Below, piece after piece: positions 59,510-64,000 of a stretch of 64,000 nucleotides of DNA. Numbering within the stretch: position 1 is the stretch's first letter; each line of letters begins with the position of its first letter. Below the pieces are notes generated by a model that did no database searches, was not told the origin of the DNA, and saw nothing but the letters and a program-made list of their open reading frames with translations. Origin of the DNA: Eledone cirrhosa (lineage: Eukaryota); assembly GCA_964016885.1 (NCBI GenBank), contig OZ024742.1:310992001-311056000 (forward strand), written 5' to 3'. Both the position numbers and the translations under genes were made by a program.

Positions 59510-59758
59510 TTTCTTTATTAACCACAAGGGTTTACATAAAGTAGACATTAAGGACAGTGCAGGACAATACAGGACGGTACAAATGGGCATTTCTGCGTGT
59601 AAAAAACAAAAACAGAGGATGTAACAAAAAAATAACAATGAAAAATTCCCCAATAGAGGGGAGACTTCGGAGGGACATTTGTGGAGAAAGCCCAGTAAAA
59701 GGCCACAGTGACCCTGACCACCAAGGCAAGTGCCCTCTCCCAGTTTTCCACCTTTAAT

Positions 59759-62700
59759 TTACAGATATATACTCAGAGTAGGCCCATTCACTCAGGCCAT
59801 TCTTGCTTCTCTCACCCATCTTTCAACAAAATGCTGGGAAGAGAGCACTTCCCTCTCTACCCTGATTTTCCTTTTCAAATGAAATTTGAAAAAGTCAATC
59901 AGGGCATCACCGAAGAGGTAAGTGCTCGTCTTCAGCCCTTTCAAACGTGTCCACCATACTATCTCTTTCGCCATGGCCACCAGACAGATAAAAATTGCCT
60001 TCCCTTCCCGGCTAAAGGAGGAGGGCGGGGCAATCCTCACGATGGACCCAGATGATAGCCGGATCCGTCCTACACGCGACAGCAGGTGTTCGACATAAAC
60101 CCACAAGTCAGCAATTTTCGGACACTGGACGAGTGCGTGCAGGACGGTTTCGTCGCCCTGCGCGCATCTCGGACATGCCCGGCTGACGGCACCTCCATGC
60201 CTGTAGAGTTTATCCCGAACTAGCAAGGCTCCTCGGTAGCACTGCCAGGCCAGAGATTTCTGGAAGTTGTCCATAGGCCCCGACCCGAAAGTTCTTCCGA
60301 AGAGATTGGCTAGTTGATTTTCGTCGACGCCTAGAGTTTCCCCAAGTACGTCGTCGCTCTTCCCCTCCACTAATCCTTTATAGAACGCCGAGGTGGAGTT
60401 TCCACCGATCACATTGCCCGATTGGTCGAGGGCTGTGAGCGCCTGAAGATATTCCAGTCTCCAGGCGCTCCCTCTCGGTCTTCGCTTGACCCAGGACTGC
60501 AGCTCCGTCAAGGAAACGAGCTGGGGAAATACGTGTCTAGCAAACGGCGACCACACCTGATCACCGTCGAGGAAGAGGTGGAGATGTCGTAGCCTGAGCG
60601 CGTGCCTGCGCATCATCAGCCACGGCATGCCCAGCTCTCCACGTAGCGGGTGTTGACAACAGATGGACCGCCTGACCATCGGAGCGAGTCCCTTCCACAA
60701 AAAACGAAAGAGCAAACGCTCCAGCGCAGTCAGGCGAGGCTTAGGACAAGGTACGACGGTCAGGCGGTAGCAGATGACAGACGCGATGTACGCGTTAGCC
60801 ACCTCCGCTCGACCTTTCAGGGATAGCTTCCTCTCCGCCCATTTCTGGGTGAGAGAAGCCACCCTGCTCGTCACCTCGTCCCAGTTTTTGTCCGTCTGGA
60901 GGTCCGGACCGAACCAGACCCCTAGCAATTTAACCGGTCCGTCCGTCCAGCGTCCGACGACGCTGTTGGACGGCATGGACCTGCCTCTCCAGGTGCCGAG
61001 CTGCAGGCCCACTGACTTTTCCTGGTTGATCATGCTCCTGTCACCGCTTCGTATTCTCTTAGTGTAGTGCCGATCGCCTCGATGTGTTTGGCGTTGAACA
61101 CCACTACGGTGACATCGTCCGCATATGCTGACACGGATCTTCCGCATCCTAGTTCGCGCGGGACGCCCCTCAACGTCTCCAGTTTGTGCAGTAATGGCTC
61201 GAGAGTCAATACGTAGAAGAGGGACAAGAGGGGACATCCTTGGCGGACCGAGCGCATGATGTTGAACGGTTCCGAAAAGTGACCGTTCACTCTCACCACA
61301 GAGCAGATGTCGCTGTGCATGGCAGCGATCCAACCTCTGAAGACGGGCCCAAAGCCAGCCGCCCTCAGGACTGCCGCTAGGTAACGATGGTCGACCCTAT
61401 CGAAAGCTTTCGACTGATCTAAATTGATCAAAGACCCACCCGTGCCAGGTTCCCCAGCTACCCTCTCTACGATGTATCGCATGAGGTGGAGGTTGTCGTA
61501 GATGGATCTGTCGGGAATGGCGCATGTCTGCACCTCTCCCGCCAGACCACCAACGACAAGCGCCAACCTCTTTGCTAGCACTTTGGCCAAAATCTTGAAC
61601 TCTGTATTTAGCAGGGTTATGGGCCTGAAATTATCTATGTTATCCCCCTTGTTCGGATCCTTTCTCAGCAGTGCCACTGCTCCTCGGCTCACAGAGCTGG
61701 GAATTCTCCCATTCTGTTGCCAGTTGCAGTAGACGTCCGCCAAGAGGCCTCCGAACAAGTCTGGCATCTGTACGTAAAGTTCATAGGGCAGACCATCCAA
61801 ACCAGGCGATTTACCCCTTGTGCAGCCAGTCATTGCCTCCCGTACTTCAGCGGCTGTTATCGGCTTTTCGCAACACTCCGCCTCAGTGGTCGAGTTAGAC
61901 ACTAAAGTCCATCCCTCGACCCGGCCCGCCGCTGCCCCCGAGCAGCTGAGCGAAGTGTCGCTGAAAAGCTTCACACATTTGCCCGGGATCGAGTAGCATG
62001 CGCCCGTCGTGGTCCACCAAAGACCGGATCGTGGCTTTGTTGCCACGACGCGCCTCCGCCACTCGGGCCCATTGAACGGCTTTCGTCCCCTCGTGTCTGA
62101 GAGCACGCACTCTAGCTCTGACAACGCAACCTTCGTGCTTTGCATTGAAGAATTGGTCAAGGGCCAATTTCGCCGCAAGCACGTCGGTCGCGATGACTTT
62201 GCTAAGTGCCTCGTCTAATTTTCTAACTAGTTCACCCTCTGCTCTATTTTTCTCTATTGCTAAAGCCTTACTAAACCTAATGGATTCTATTATAATCGCT
62301 CTATTCAGAGCAAACCACCACTTGTTGTTGACGATGGCCCCCGTCAACGCCCGCTTAACTAGTTCGCTAATCCGGTCTCTGTAGGCCTTGCGCGCTGGTA
62401 AGGACGCGTTTAGCTTCCAGTAGCCGGGTCCTCGTCTATGAAGCCTATCTAAGTCAAGCACACAGATCACGAATTTGTGGTCCGTGTAGCTGACTATCTT
62501 GAATTGTGGACAGACTATGCTAGACATATCTATTTCCCTACAAAATACTCTATCTGGATATGATCTGGATGACCCTATGCGATTTGTCCAAGTCCACATT
62601 GGCACATTCGGGAAATCCAATCGGTACCTGTCAGACAGTTCAAAACGCCTGAGCAGGTTGGTGAGGCTCTTGCACCCTCCACCCCTATCCGCTAATCCCA

Positions 62701-63157
62701 CACAGTCCCAGCGTGCATCTAAGATCCCGTTCCAGTCGCCCACTAACACTAAAGAGCGGGACGTTCCAAGAAAGGTCTCCAGACGCCGGAAAAAATCAGG
62801 CCGCCCTGCTCCTGTCGGGGCATAGACGGCCACTAGCCTGAAAGCTTGCCCGTCTCCGTTGGTCACGTCCAGCACCACCAACTTACCCTCTGGGTCCAGG
62901 AAGATGGCCCGTATGGCGAGATCCAAACCTCTCCGAAAAAGCACAGCAACTCCTCCCCCCGATCCAGGACGGCTGGGAGATGCGTACACATCGTAGCTGC
63001 CGAAGATCGGTGCGAAGGCCCGTGCTTCGGAGATTCTGGTCTCGCTGATGGCCACTACATCTATGTTTAGTGACCTGAGGTCGTTGAGCAGGTGACCCTG
63101 CTTTCATGACGACCCCAAGCCACGCGCATTTATGCTGCCTATTCTGAGTGAGGTCAT
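59759..63157 (-). pseudogene. Tx1 ORF2, copy C (stops and frameshifts)
   Basis: ATG 63157; TGG>TGA ~63105; ORF pieces 61895-63055, 61030-62178 (YADD), 59792-61333; stop TAA 59761-59759. Confidence 0.92.
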
Positions 63158-63190
63158 GTTTAAAATGGAGTGGAAAAGATGGGAAAGACC

Positions 63191-63196
63191 ACTTAC
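63191..63196 (-). promoter_or_regulatory. Putative 5' splice donor overlapping ORF1 stop (copy C)
   Basis: ACG|GTAAGT; the TAA is the reconstructed ORF1 stop. Confidence 0.6.
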
Positions 63197-64000
63197 CGTA
63201 CTTTTCGTAGAGGAAGGATGGTTTCTCCATCCCTTTTCACATGATCGTCTGGTGAAGGGACCGTTGAATCGTCCCTTCGGCTGGTCGTCGGCTCTTCTAT
63301 GAGTATGTCCGAATATACTCTCCGGTTGAGAGTCCCTCCTAGGTCTCTGAAATCACCAACTGCGTTGGGAAATTTCGTTTTAATGTTTGTGTATTGTTTC
63401 TGTGCTATTTTTACCAGTCTTATTTCTGTGCTATTTTTACCAGTCTTATGTTCGTTGGCGTTTTGATTGGTGCTGGTATTATGTAGTCGTGCTGTGAAAT
63501 GTCTGTGTGTTCAATTATGTAAGTCATTAGTTTCTTGTGTGTATTTATTGCCGTGCATTTGTTTTTCTGGGGGTGGGGTGTGGTTCTGCTATTTTCTTGT
63601 CGTTGTTGCTGGGTGTGTGTGTTTTGTTGTTGTGTTTGCGATGTTGGTGCTTGTGATGGTGGTGTTGAAGGTGTTGTTGTTGTTGTTGTTGGCGGTGGGG
63701 TTGTCGCCGGTGGTGATGGTGGTGCTAGTGTGGGTGGTGATGGTGTTGGTGGTGTTGCTGCTGTGAGTCTCTTTGCAGTAGCCTTTACCCGTTTTTCATT
63801 TCTTTCCTCCCTTTTCGAAGGCGACGATGCGCTGCTTCTGCGTTTCTGCCTTCTTACGACCTTTTGCCATCCCTCTCCCACCTCACACTCCATGTCTGAT
63901 TCTGTGAGGTCGGGGAGGGGTACCAGCTCCACTCTTTCACTTGTCGTTGTTGGTGATGTTTGCAGTGGAGTCTCTGTTGCAGCTGCATTTGGTATTACTG
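63193..64000 (-). pseudogene. Tx1 ORF1 C-terminal part, copy C, broken by a 26-bp tandem duplication (63397-63448)
   Basis: Removing the duplication gives IRLVKIAQKQYTNIKTKFPNAVG...LPLRKVR*, homologous to LKMIKAPQDTYKTLKNNFKEDVG in copy A. Confidence 0.8.

Larger units (their letters stand above)
59508..64000 (-). mobile_element. L1/Tx1-clade element, copy C (divergent family; 5' part beyond window)
   Basis: ORF1 C-terminus, ORF2 APE-RT-ZnF, AATAAA at 59519-59514, followed by (ATT)n 59507-59458. Confidence 0.93.

Overview
Repeat-dense, AT-rich animal genomic DNA. The SINE types, RTE/CR1 remnants and (TA)n/(CA)n load suggest a cephalopod such as Octopus (inference). No host gene is confidently identifiable; there are only two weak exon candidates on the minus strand. 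Contents: (i) a head-to-tail array of L1/Tx1-clade LINEs joined at (TATC)n (1-10893), a third divergent Tx1 element on the minus strand (59508-64000) and 3' fragments; (ii) two 5'-truncated Penelope-like elements (PLE; RT with YRDDG plus GIY-YIG, Naiad-like CxCx5Cx5C motif), each capped by an inverted copy of its own 3' end, and more than 15 short fold-back PLE remnants between (TA)n tracts, many carrying type I minimal hammerhead ribozymes (HHR); (iii) a non-coding ~520-bp tandem HHR unit resembling a retrozyme; (iv) tRNA-SINEs, MITEs, Helitron pieces, RTE/CR1/CRE fragments and satellites. Main observation: in all three Tx1 elements the ORF1 stop codon lies inside a U1-type splice donor (NG|GTAAGT or GTAGGT). 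In copies A and B the ORF2 stop TAG is also a polypyrimidine-AG acceptor followed by G-TGA, so ORF2 looks like a precisely excisable spliceosomal intron whose removal regenerates the same ORF1 end (AG|G TGA). All coordinates were read by eye; the ends of degraded repeats are approximate.
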